This document shows, one piece after another, positions 1-12,560 of a stretch of 64,000 nt of DNA (positions are counted from its first letter, which is position 1; each line of letters starts with the position of its first letter). Source of the DNA: Bigelowiella natans CCMP2755 (lineage: Eukaryota > Protista > Cercozoa). The DNA lies in the NCBI GenBank assembly GCA_000320545.1, contig ADNK01000501.1, positions 139,448-203,447 of the forward strand, read 5' to 3'. Made by a program: the position numbers and the translations under genes. The notes below the pieces were generated by a model, which was not told the DNA's origin, ran no database searches, and was given only the letters and a program-made list of their open reading frames with translations.

Positions 1-68
1 TCTCTCTCTCTTAATTCCCCTGTAACGAATATCAAATGAACAACAAAATGTAATATATCACCGTTACC

Positions 69-2912
69 ATGGCTCTTCTCCCTCCCGAGGAACTCCTCCA
101 AGGAAAACACCACCATGTAGAGGCAGTTACGGTTCAGAAATATCACGTGCGAAGTGTAGAACACCTCTTGACCCGCGAAATCCCATACCGACACCTGCGC
201 ATGCATTCATTTAGAAGAGGGGGGAGAGAAAGAGGAGAAGGAAGAGAACAAGTAACAATTCTTTATGTGGGATTGCTCTCTGCGGACGATTACGTACGTC
301 AACATTTCGTGAGAGATGATGCACATAATATGTGCATGCACATGTGCATTCATCTATACTCGAATAGCTTCCGGATTGTCCAAAGATTCTTGTATACGCC
401 CAGGATCTAATTCCTGATCATGATTTCAAGTCATGGCCAATAAAATGGAGCACGATCTCTCCTTCACGGAGTTCAATGTTTCATCAGGCTTCTATCGAGG
501 CTATTATTCACTCCTACCTTGATAAGCTTCTCCTCATTTAGACTCTCTCCTTGAATTCCCTTGGATTCTTTGATATCCTCGTCAGTGCCGTTGCCACTGT
601 CCTTCACGTCTGCGCTTTGCTTTGGAGATGAAAGTGAAAGTTTTCCTTCTTCTGCTACTATCTGCTTGTTTGTTGTCGCTGCGTTATCGTCTGAGCTGCT
701 ACTACTTACAATTTCAGTTCCTTTGGCATTTATTTCTGTGGAAGGTTTGCCAGTTTTCTCATCCTTATTCTTAAAAGGATATTGGGATAATAAAGGTACC
801 TACGGCACATAGCAGCCGATTTTAAGCATAGGAAATGATTATTACAGTTGTGTTTATTTCCAAACGGAATCTAAAATCGAAATTGTACATGTCCACCTTT
901 GGATCAATAGCCTCCTCTTTCACTTTCTCTTTCTCCTCCTGCTTCTCCCCCACCTTTGTATTCTTTTCATCCTCGCATTTCTTCTTCAGATGTGCCAATA
1001 CCAGGGCTCGCTCATAATTGCCTCCTGCGTAGACGATAATTCATAAATCATCCACAGTCAGATAGGAAAGATTCAAACATATCTACTGCGTTCCAATTAG
1101 GTCGCTCTATACCGAAAGTGACGTTCTTGAACACGGTGTTCTGAAATGAATCATACGGCCTTTCCACCTTGCGAAAAAAAAATTGAAGCAGACCGTGAAA
1201 AACAGACACTGGTCTCTTAATGAATTTCCCTCTATGCTTTGCATCTGACACAGTGGCCGCAGTGACGTCTTGGACGGTGACATCAGCCACAACCTTAGTA
1301 TGATTGTGCACACAGAAGAGCAAGAATGAGCTTGTGAGCTCAATGTGGTGGTTGTGCTAGATCTGTTCGCTATCACTACCGTTGATTCTGTGACGCGAAA
1401 CTCTTCACCCTTCAAAGCCATGTGTAACGTCGTTTTACCAGTGTGCCCTTTGCCAACAAACATCACACGAGACCGTCGCCAGGGCATCGTGCTAGAAAAC
1501 ACCCTTTTCACGGCCTCCATAGGGAGGGGGATGTCGGCAATCTACAACACAAGCAGAAAATTCGTTGTAAAATCGAAAGTATGCAAAGAGAAGAAAGGTA
1601 CATGGAGAAAACAAGATGCTGCATTTCAATTCGGGATAGTATGAACAAAATGCTCATCTCTCGCGTTCATTCCCTATTTTTTCAGGTGGTTGTGCTGCAT
1701 GGAGATAAACACCACATATACTACAACGAGTGAATGACTGAGAAAGGCCCGTCATAAATTCAGAAATGCATAAAGTAATATAGCATGATTCTCTAAGCGA
1801 CTGGCGAACAACTCCGAACTCAATTTTTAATATTTGAATTAACGAAACTGATGACACCTGTTTTAGATACTCCACAACTCTAAGTTTGTGCTGAGCAACT
1901 GCTTCATCGAGAGCCGTTTGTCCCCTATTATTTTTGGTCTCGAGGTTGGCGTTGGCGTTCTCCACAAGGTACCGCACCGCATCAACGTGGCCATTGTAAG
2001 CAGCCCAGAGGAGGGGTGTATCTCCAACGTTGTTCTTGGCTTCGACGTTGGCGTTGGCGTTCTCCACAAGGTACCGCACCGCATCAACGTGGCCATTGCA
2101 AGCAGCCCAGAGGAGGGGTGTATTTCCATACTTGTTCTTGGCTTCGACGTTGGCGTTGGCGTTCTCCACAAGGTACCGCACCGCATCAACGTGGCCATTG
2201 TAAGCAGCCAAGAGGAGGGGTGTACTTCCAACGTTGTTCTTGGCTTCGACGTTGGCGTTGGCGTTCTCCACAAGGTACCGCACCGCATCAACGTGGCCAT
2301 TGTAAGCAGCCAAGAGGAGGGGTGTATATCCATTGTTGTCCTCGGCTTCGACGTTGGCGTTGGCGTTCTCCACAAGGTACCGCACCGCATCAACGTGGCC
2401 ATTCCAAGCAGCGCTGAGGAGGGGTGTATATCCATTCTTGCCCTTGGCTTCGACGTTGGCGTTGGCGTTCTCCACTAGGTACTGCACCGCATCAACGTGG
2501 CCATTCAAAGCAGCCAAGAGGAGGGGTGTATTTCCATTCTTGCCCTTGGCCTCGATGTTGACACTCTTCGCCTCCACGAGACGGCGCATCGTGTCAACAT
2601 CTCCCGATATAGCCGCATCGAGGAGGATCTGAAAGAGAACGACAAGAATCTCATTTGCGATGCCACCCTGCACTACCATTAGTGGTGCATGGTTGTAAGT
2701 GCGCACATGGTAGTTTACGTTGTGGTTTTTCACATGAAGAGTGCGTTGCCGATGGTGGCAGAAGAGTGGGAAATTGTCATGTTGTTTGACCAGGTTATGT
2801 GTGCTCATCACCGCATCTCTATCACCACCTCATCATCGCAACCATCCTTCCTAACGCAGCCATTCCTTCCATCCTGTCTGTTCTCCCCATCGCGAGTATG
2901 CTTCCCCTCCAT
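69..2912 (-). CDS. Ankyrin-repeat Roc GTPase (ROCO family), multi-exon; 3' part (expected COR domain) runs off the left edge
   Basis: Ankyrin exon at ~1859-2628. P-loop exon reads RSRVMFVGKGHTGKTTL...TEST (~1380-1541). Exon ~69-194 reads VSVWDFAGQEVFYTSHVIFLNRNCLYMVVF, the Roc G3 signature (WDFxGQ..Y..H..FL). Probable first exon MEGKHTRDG... from ATG 2912 (start inferred). Confidence 0.85.
1920..2560 (-). repeat. Coding tandem repeat, 102-bp unit (34-aa ankyrin repeat), ~6 copies
   Basis: The block gttggcgttggcgttctccacaaggtaccgcaccgcatcaacgtggccatt recurs at 1945, 2047, 2149, 2251 and 2353, with a variant at 2455. Confidence 0.97.
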
Positions 2913-3242
2913 GAAAGGAAGGAATTTTGAGTTTTATGGTCTTGTGTGTGGGTGTCAAATGAGGCATTTCCTACCTAGGATTTCCTAGGATTTCCCGTTA
3001 GAATCGGCAAACGGCCTGTCCATCTTCCCATTCTGGACAAGCGACAACGTACACTTTGATGTCTTCATAGGTGAATCCCCCTTGCCAGATACTAAATGGG
3101 CAAGTCGTACCAGGATTTCTTTTGAGGCGCAACGAATTTTCTGCATCTACTGTAGATCTACCTTACTACGCTCGTATCCAATTCCAGCAAATCAGACCCA
3201 CAGTGAAACAAAGAACATGAAGAATGGCATAGTAACAGAAAG

Positions 3243-3269
3243 GTGCGACATGATAATTTGATGTCGCAC
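3243..3269. promoter_or_regulatory. Dyad motif GTGCGACAT-N9-ATGTCGCAC (CGACA-N11-TGTCG) in a divergent promoter spacer
   Basis: Perfect 9-bp inverted repeat between the ROCO start (2912, -) and the EF-hand gene start (3408, +). The same core occurs in other divergent spacers. Confidence 0.5.
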
Positions 3270-3407
3270 TTTGGGACTTGCCGACTCTACATTCGATGCC
3301 ACAATGCCCGTGCACCAACTTTCATTTTTTCCCGACTGCGTATTTACCCGAGTGTGGGTTTTTTAGATTTTCGTTGATTTGCTTGACACCCTGGGGGTAG
3401 CCAAGTT

Positions 3408-5637
3408 ATGGCCGGCTTTGCCACAGCCGTCGCCGCTGCCACCACCACTACCAACGAAAAGAAAGTAGGCGCAGTTTGGGTGGAGACCCGCTGAGATCAT
3501 TTGAGATCATTTTGCATTCCTAACAATTATCACGTTTGTAGGATCCATTGTCGCAAGAGAATCTTTCCAACTACTACCCAGCTGGGACATGTCCTCCCGC
3601 CTGTTCTTTGCTTGGCCACCAGGTCCTGCTGGCAAACTCTGTTTTGTAAGTAGCGTTCATTCACGTACGAGATGATAACCTCACGCAGTTCCACACATCT
3701 GAAGTCTTTGGAATGCTATTTCTCGTGCTTGCGGTATGAACAGCGACTTGATATATCCCAACGTAGAAGGTGATATGTTTCCTCGCTGATTGTGTTAGGT
3801 TATCCTGATTATCATTCGCTTTGTCGACGATGCTACGCCCGGCTTCGTGATAGCGATTATCATGATAATTGTTGCGGGTTTGTACTTGTTCTACTTGTGG
3901 GATTACGATAAACTCCGTACCCTGTCTGAGCTTGCGGCGCGTTACGCCCAAATTGCTGAAAGACTAGAGGTATTTTTGATAGTTCTTTCTATAATATTAA
4001 CAGCCATCATCAGCTTGATATGTATTCTACAGGCGGATTCAAAAGAACTCGGGCAGACCAACGAAGAGTGCAAAGATGTTCCTAGAGACAATGCAGCAAG
4101 AGAACAAAGAGCTTTCAGAGTCTCTTGACAAGTTTAAATCTAAGATGGGAATGTTAAAGGCAACGGAGGTTAAGAATCAAGCAGCAACAAACACAATGAT
4201 ATGCACTCCATCAATTTACATTGATTTAAAGTACACTTTAGTTCCTCTCTTCTTACTCGCTTTTCTTCTTTTCCTTCTATTTTGTGCTCTCTGATACGAT
4301 GATAACTCAGGACGAGCTTGAGCGGGTGGAGCATGCGATTGAAGGAATGGTTAGCACCAGTAAACGCCTCAATGCTCTTGAAGAATCCCTTAACAAGACC
4401 AATGCGGCGTATATTTTAAGATTAAAGCAGGACGAGTTAGACCAAAAGAAGTTCCGCGCACTATATGAGGTGCACTTACAGTTGCTTCATTTTTCCTGCT
4501 TCTTCTTACCTTTCCCGTGTTGGGAAGGCATTGCAAATCAAGTGGTGTGCTTTTGGTTGTAGGTCATGGAAGCCTTCGAGGATGTGGACACGAAGGATCA
4601 TGATGGGTACTATTAGCAGTAGAAGTAGTTGTAGTAGTAGTGGAAGTAGTAATTGTTGTTGTAATAAGTATTGACAGAATAACAGACACTTAGAGGCTCA
4701 TATTGAGACAAAGCACTCGCTCACTCCTTTATCTCCCTTTGGAGATAACGATTAGCTTCAGCAATTCGTTCTTAATCAAAACGTGCGCAGATCTCTCACA
4801 GGCCGCGAAATCGAGAACATGAAAAGGCTATTAAAGCGCCTGCCTTCTTTCTTTGAGATATATGAGGATACGGTGGGATAATATTGAGAAATGATTGCCA
4901 TGATGATGTTGACAGATGATCGAGATGATGATATTTAAGTACCATTTAGACTGATAGCGGAGTAGGAGTAGGATGATCATATCATAACAACAATCTTAAC
5001 TGGCTTTTATCTTCTTCTAATGTTTCTCTTCATCAAAAAGGAAACCAAAGAGAAGAAGAAGCGACTCGTATTTGAAGTCGATTGGGAAAAGATCGACACG
5101 AATAAGGATGGGTAGGCTCTCACGCACTAGTCACAAACTAAGAGTTTTATTTCTTACCAACAGATATTAGCTTATAACCCTGCTATAACGGGCTATATTC
5201 GTTCAGCACATTGTGATTCTGGTTTTAATGGAGTACATCGTCATCATCCACATTCTACATCTTCATCAGGGAACTCAGTAAATGGGAGTTCAGACGTGCG
5301 ATGGACGTCATGCTCTCGGAACATTACACCATATTCAACGCCGTTTACTTAGAAGAGGCAAAAGAAGCCGTTAAAGACTACAATCTTGGCAAGTGGTGAT
5401 GCATTCACCAAATCAATATCACACAATTAGTTTCTGTTCAATATCATTCAATCACGTCACATCCTCCTCTCATGTATCCAACTCTTCTACTCTGTGCAAC
5501 GATACAGGTGGGAGGAATCTGAATTTCTAGTGCGTCATTCGTCAGTCGGACATTGGTTCGAAGATCCCAGCCAAGCCATTACAGCGGCAGCAAAAGTTGC
5601 GGAGAAGCGTAAAAGTGAAGGAAAAATTCATACTTAA
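3408..5637 (+). CDS. Membrane protein with N-terminal TM segments, coiled coil and two EF-hands (multi-exon)
   Basis: Hydrophobic exons (GFVIAIIMIIVAGLYLFYLW), heptad exons (4033-4470), and EF-hand loops FEDVDTKDHDG/SLTGREIE and WEKIDTNKDG/ELSKWEF split by GT-AG introns. Stop TAA at 5635-5637. Confidence 0.7.
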
Positions 5638-6021
5638 GTAATGCGTGATGATGCCAACACCACATGCAATTGTACATGATTAGGTGTCCTCAAGCTGCGA
5701 TGTATTATTCCATATCCATGTGCGACTGTAACATATGCGCATATGACCACATCTAGACATTGCGAAATTTAAACAAGGATAAGGCGGAAACATGCTGTAT
5801 GCACGTGTACACCTAGACATATTATGTGCGCATATTTACAAAGCATGGCGTATGATAGTCAACGTGCGCAATGAATATATAGCCATAAAGGCTCTATAGC
5901 GCACTGCCTATCAGCACATATGTTATCGTACGCTATATAGCCATAAAGGCTATATATGAAGATGTATAGACGTGTAGATCTATCATGAATTATCAGCAAC
6001 AATAGCTCATATATGCATTCA

Positions 6022-7537
6022 TCAGGCCGTAACAACGTTGAAAATAAGAGCCATTCTGTCTTTGATCACATCCTGTAAAAATAAGTCGGATCAGTTGCTC
6101 TTGAAATAATACTGAGGAAATGGAAATGATGTATATTTACCTGGGTATCATGATACACATCTTCCCTGAAGAACACTACATCCCCAACCTTGCAAATGGA
6201 GGCAAAAACATTTGGAATTTCATTTCCCGAGTACCATCATAAATTGCCTCTTAAAGGATCAAAGGGAAACGTGGATGATCGTCACTTACTTCTAGATGTG
6301 GCATGCATGTGATCTTTTCGATATCAAAGTAGTAGTATCCGCTTTCTCCTTGCCAACCCTAGTAGCAGCAAATTAACTCTTAATTAGCAACAATGGAAGG
6401 GGTGCTGCTTGTATCATGTACAATATGGACCAAATGCTTGCTTTTATTAGTATGCGAGAGGCGTGCATGCCGCAGCTTCTTGCACCTTCACAGTCGGCAC
6501 AGTACATATCATCAGTGTAACGGTGAACAACTCACCCCATTAGATCTATATTCAGCGCTTTCTGTCGGCTGGCAAAATCGATACGCATCCCATGGCATCA
6601 TCTGACGCAAAAACGAGTATTTACCATAGAATTTATTACAGAAACGATATAGATAATGACACATCACCACGAGTACCTTGAGATTAGCGTGCTCAGGATC
6701 TTCTTTTCTCACAACTAGAAAGAATTTATGGATCGGACCTCCGTCCTGGTGCCATCCATGTCGTCCCTAATATACGTTCCACACAATGAGAATTACGGGT
6801 TCATGAAGAATTTCAGGAAATAGTGCCACACCTGATGCATAGGAAGGCCGGTATATTTCGTCAGCAAGACCCTCAATTCTTGGCTTTTCATGGAATCCAT
6901 ATATTCGGATATCTCGTTTATGTACTGAAATGGATATGGCCACGGGTTGATTCCGGAAAACTCTCCGCTTTGGATTGAAAATTTCTTTCCCAACTTCGAG
7001 TAGCGATAGTTTGCAGTTGTTTGGGACTGTATACGCCTCATTGTAGCTTCAAGAATTCTCATTGTGTCAGGGATTTCATCGTAGAACCACCGATCTGAAG
7101 GGCGGCAAATGACTGGTTCGATTGCAGTATTGCAACCGCAGCGATATCTGTCGTTAGGTCGAAAGTTCTCCACCACCTGAAGGATGTTCATTGGTATGCA
7201 TATTCAGACCTAAGGGAGAACGCAGAATTTACTGATTTACCTTACGGATCTTCCTTGTCTGGTTTATTGGGACTAGATTGCGAAAAAGGACGAAACCCCT
7301 CTCCCCCACCGTTCTTACATCCTCTATATTTCCACAGCTTTTGTTTCGAAGGAGATCTAGGTTCTTGTCGACTAAACACTCTTTCTTCGTCATTAATCGT
7401 GGGCCCTTCCTCTGGAATTCGAGCGTGTAGTACTGATTTCGAAGACTGTCTTTGTGCCGGTCGTAGGCAAAAGAGATGAGTAATGCGAGGAGAGCATACT
7501 GCCAGATAGCAGACAGGAGAGGGAAAGAGGGTCCCAT
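6022..7537 (-). CDS. Fe(II)/2-oxoglutarate-dependent dioxygenase (PhyH-like) with N-terminal signal anchor
   Basis: Exons give GWHQDG (HxD motif, ~6740-6765), CKVGDVVFFREDVYHDTQ (distal His) and DRMALIFNVVTA* (2OG-binding Arg). N-terminus is hydrophobic (LLSAIWQYALLALLISFA). Confidence 0.75.
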
Positions 7538-8095
7538 TGACCTTTTAAGGGTTTTACTTACCTAGGCCCTCAAGGGAAGGAGGGCATGCTGCCGGCTTTT
7601 CCGTTCTGTGTGTTGTCGATGTTGCAGGTGAAACAAATCAAGTTTGGCATTTATACCGAAAACATCGGAGTCCTCTTACAAGTAACATTTAAGTTATTTT
7701 CACATGCTAGATATATCTGAGACTATCTCTTTAAGAGCGAATGATCAGTGTCTGTTGCTAAGGCGAAAAATGAGAAACAGATCTAGGAAATACACTCCAG
7801 CAGATTCTATATGAAATTTTGACCTTGAAATTTTTCCTAATTATGACGAATCACACGAAAAGAGCGATTCGATCTAGTACAAAATGGCATCTGTTTCTAA
7901 ATGTATGGAAAACGAGGCGATTTTATGTTATAATGTTGATATTTTCCTTTAAAAAGTGCTTCTCACGCACAATCAGCCACGCTCTTCCCAAAGGAAGATC
8001 ACATCTGCAACACCTTCCTCCCCTGACGTTCCCTCTCAATCTTCAAAACAGTCACATAAAGCCTTTTCTCCCAGAACCAGGACAACTGAGAACCC

Positions 8096-8814
8096 ATGTC
8101 CAATATCCACGGCATATCCTCATTCAACAATCAAGGGGGTGGGGGCGGCCCAGGAGGCGCGCCGGGCCAGCCTCAAGCTCCTCAGGGTCAGGGAGGATAT
8201 GGATGGGGTCAGCAAGGATACGCTGATATGGAGGCACCGGGTGTCATTCCAGCTGGCCATGTCTCGTTACTGCGTGTTAGTGGTGGAGCTTTCCCAGACC
8301 TCGTTGATTTGTTCTGTCCACGGTGAGAAGTCCTTACACGTTGCAGTGAAATTTGTACTAATATCTGCGTTTCAGATTTCGTTGGCTGTGTTTTACCACA
8401 ATCGTATCGACCGTTCAAGTGATCATGCTCATAGTGTCTCTCATTGGTACAATATATATAACGTTTCGACCTAAGTGAAAAGAATTGAAAAAACCTCCTG
8501 AACTGAGAAATGAACACTGGGTTGATATTAGTCGGAGCCGAAATGTTCGGGGCTGCTTTCGTGAAAGGGAACGAGATGGGGGGACCAAGCTCGCAGACAT
8601 TTCTCTACCTTGGTATTGTTGTATTAGAAATATTATTATACCTTATTACCTCGCTTCTTTTTTGGGGGGGAGGGAATCATTTCTTGTTTTTTTGCATGCA
8701 GGTGCAAAATATTTACCGAACATTCAAGCGGGGCAGGTGTATCGATTCGTGACTTCTGTTTTCCTTCATGGGGGTATACTCCACCTGGCATCCAACCTCT
8801 TTTTCCAGGTGTTT

Positions 8815-8850
<36 letters not shown>

Positions 8851-9756
8851 GTGACTTATAGAGTTCTAAGTTTAAAATGGTGGAATGAGACAGCCTAATC
8901 TATCAGTGCCGGGTTGGGTACATCTTCGAGCTAAGATGGGGCCTTGCCAACTACATTGCCACGTACTTCTTGACAGGGATCGGTAGTAACAACTATGCTT
9001 CTAAAAAAAATTGTTATCATTAATTTAAACAACTCGATGATTGTGATCTTATTCAGGGGCAACATATTTCTCATGCCTGATGAGCCCGAAGACAATCTCT
9101 GTTGGTGCATCTGGAGCTCTGTTCGGATTGGTAATCATCGACCACATTGACTAGAAATGGCGACACACAAAGACAGCACAAAGATGATTAATTGTTTAGT
9201 AGGCTCCAAAATATTAGTTTTTGATTACGTCTCCTCATATCGCATAGATCGGCGCTGATATCTCCTATCTGATCATGAACTGGTCATTCCTTCCAAATCA
9301 AGAGAAGTATCAGGTAACACGAATTGCATCGTCACACTAGCTCATTGCAACAACCCCTTACTTTCAATGCACTGATATCGTATTAGGAACTGTGCATTGT
9401 CATATGCATTCTGTTAATTAACTTCTTGCTGGGAGTGTCCGGTGGATCAGATGGAAACATTGACAACTCAGCGCACTTTGGCGGGCTTGTTTTCGGTTTC
9501 TTGATTGGATTTGCTTTGACGAATCTTTTGCAGCCAGAGGTCAGGCCAGTATACGCATTTTCATATTTCCAGAAATCTCTGTGTATTTTCCGATTCTGAA
9601 CTTATGAATCTGAAATTTAGGACCCGAAAGGTAAATTTTACCGAATTTTGGGGTGGGGATCCTACATTGGACTCTCCGTCATATGCCTCCCTTGCATCTT
9701 TCTTGTTGTACATGCTAACTAAAGTATCAAAGTCGTACGACGCTATATCTAGATAG
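8096..9756 (+). CDS. Rhomboid intramembrane serine protease
   Basis: GQVYRFVTSVFLHGGILHLASNLFFQ, SVGASGALFGL (catalytic GxSG) and IDNSAHFGGLVFGFLIG (catalytic His). 3' end approximate. Confidence 0.92.
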
Positions 9757-10735
9757 CATTTCAAACTAATTCGTGAACCATGTATTAAGTCTACTTCAGC
9801 CCATTAATAACTATAGAAGCGTACCAACGACATCAATGCTTTATTTGTGTGTGCGTAATACTTGCTCGGGATAGCTTAATGTAGAGATGGATGCATGCGT
9901 CTGGGTCTGTATTCATTTGCATAGCATGCATTGCGAAACACTGAGCTAGCAAATACATCGCATGCCGCCTATGCTAAATTATATGCACAAGCGCCTATGA
10001 GACTGATGCCATGCGAACAACGCTATTTCGATAGTGACTGCACTAGCTCGTATGGAGCTAGAAATTCATCCAGCCAGACAAGACATTCTCCGCCACTGTT
10101 AGACTGATGCCTATCTAGCTATGCAACATGCTAGCATGGCACGTACTATAGAACAGAAAATTGCAGACTGCCCATGTGTAATAAGCTAATAACGATGTCT
10201 CATTCGGCTATAGCTAGATAGGCGCTCGATCTACTAGATCTAGCTAGCCATGCGTGAGTACCACGCAGTGCAGCTTTACTTTCATCATGCGCCCGTAATA
10301 GCGGTGGTCTGTCGATGTACTGCTGTGACCTAACTATGCATGAGCAGCAGTGCAAAATAATCGTGCTTCGATTTGTCAAGGATCACGCTAGCTAGCTAGC
10401 TAGCTAGGCACGTACTAGACTAGCTGTGCTGTGCTCCCTAGAGCTAGAGAGCTAGAGGAGGAGGAGAAGAATTACAGTCTTTACCCATTACTAGATTACT
10501 AGACTACGTACCTAAGCGAGACGTCGCATACGCACAGTTAGCGCATGAACATGCACGCAACAAGCCATAATATATAGCATAGCTATAAAATATATATTAT
10601 AGCTAATATTTTATGGTTGCATTAATTTTACGCGCACGCCTAGATAGCGGTCAACAAACTGTCTATCCGTAACAATCATAGATGCTATGATCTTTTGAAG
10701 TTATCGGGTGCCAAAGCAAGCGTTGGTAAAAGATG

Positions 10736-12560
10736 CTAATCAGTCTTACCGGAGCCGAAGCAGATGCGTTTGTTCTCTTTCGAACGTTCCTCCGCTTCTC
10801 GTGCCAGGCGCATGAATAGATCTCTGCCTTTCTTTATATTTTCACGCTCATCATCCAAATACTCTGTAATTCTCGTTTCTGCACGTTTTTTCAGCAACTC
10901 AGCGAGGCTGTCATAGTACAGAGAAAGGATTGGCCAATACTTGCCGGGAAGAATCTTCTCCCAGCAACTAATAGCAGCCTGGACAAACATAGCGGACTGG
11001 CTGAAGTCCTCAGCCTTCTCGCAAGCTTCGGCGAGCATGGGATACAGCACATAAAGCATTCTATGACTGGGATGCATACCCCAAGTTTTAGTTGTTTGCA
11101 GGATTTTTTTCGCATGCTCCCGGTTCGCCTCTGGCGTTGATGATTTCACACCCTGCATCCTGTGAATGAAGTCTTTGATTTTCTCAGCAAGAACGCCATT
11201 GACCCATTTGGAGACCCGGCCCTTCTCCAAGACCACATCGTGTCCTTGAGTGCATTTATGCCCCACCCGGACATTGTTCGCATCTGTCGTGGAGTTGAGA
11301 TGCTCTGGTTTCCATCGCAAGGCTTCATCGGGAGAAGACGTCTCAAGGGGAAGGTTAAAGAGTCCCTGACAACCACGCTCGGGACAACAAAAGGCAGAAA
11401 GGTATTCTGTTCCCGTTTCTGCTTCAACCTTGCATCTCGTGCATGTGCATGCAATTCCCCTGGTCACATTAAGCAGCTTCTGCCTCGTTTTGGAACTTTG
11501 ATACAGGTCGGGCAACAAGGAAATTGTCAGCTCCTCTCCCTCAGAGACGTCCTTCACCACACGAATCTCGCACTTGCCGCTTCCAATTTTCAACACGCAA
11601 TTTGGAGAGCAACTATGAGCGAATCTGGCAAGTCGAGGGAATACGCTGTAGTATACTCCATTGTGCCCTGTGTGACAGAAATACTTGAATACTGCCACCA
11701 ATCTCTCACATTCGTCTACACAGGATTCAATCCATCTCATGTCTCTGTCTGAAGGGGGAGTCAACAGTCCGTTGATCAAGTTTCGCTTGAAAATATCTGC
11801 TGCCGAGTGGATATCGTTGCGAAACGTGATGCTAAATTTAATCTTTTCGTTTGGAATAGGTATTCCGAGTGTGGCGCTCCGATTTGTATTGTTGTCTTGT
11901 GAAATTTGCCCCATGAGGCATAGAAGAGGGAATAAAAGATCTCGACTGACTTTAAGGGTGCGTGATATTCTCTGCAGGTCTGTAGCAAGGGTACAAATCC
12001 TCTTATGTCCCCGAATATAGTCTTGGTTCTTGCAGAGCTAATTTATTAACCATAGAAGTGAAAACACACCGTAAGACGACGTTCAGCCAATGATTGTACT
12101 TGCAGTTAGATTATCTAATATACCGACGAGCAGTATGCTACTTGACCACATCTGCATTTAACAAACGGTTGGTTTGGCCGTGCAACTCGAAGACAATTCT
12201 GGCACAGGAGGGGCACGAACTGTTCCCGCGCATAGCTGAATGCCCTGTGGAGAGTCGAAACACGACGAGACATTCAAATTTTAGGAGCGCCACCATTGTT
12301 GATGGTTTGAATCATGGCAATTTTTCAATGCGTTTCTTACGCCGATTCCTGGTGTATGAGGGTCCCAGGGATGATCCGTCGTTTTGCGAAGACTTGAAAT
12401 CCCTCAGGCCTGGTTCAAGAGTTAAACAGAAACTATTAGCTGCCTGATGACAGAACATTCGAAACTTTACTTGCCTGTAAAACTCCGAGGATATTACAGA
12501 GGACTTTCTTGTGCCCTCGTTCGGATTTTTAGGTACTGGCTCGAATATGGATACGGCCAT
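10736..12560 (-). CDS. SET and MYND domain lysine methyltransferase (SMYD-like)
   Basis: Split SET N-half GFQVFAKRRIIPGTLIHQE. MYND finger CQNC...KCRCGQVAYCS...C..H..C. SET C-half RFAHSCSPNC...GEELTISL, post-SET CTCTRC, and a TPR-like C-terminal helical region. Confidence 0.88.

Noticed and set aside
1863-2478. Alternative-frame and antisense ORFs over the ankyrin array
   Set aside because: These are shadows of the stop-free tandem repeat.
1920-2560. CRISPR-like appearance of regularly spaced identical blocks
   Set aside because: The intervening segments are homologous to each other, the 102-bp period is an in-frame ankyrin repeat, there are no cas genes, and the context is eukaryotic.
5875-5958. 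Duplicated hairpin tatagccataaaggct(a/c)tata as a terminator or element end
   Set aside because: It is short, AT-rich and occurs only locally, so no function can be supported.
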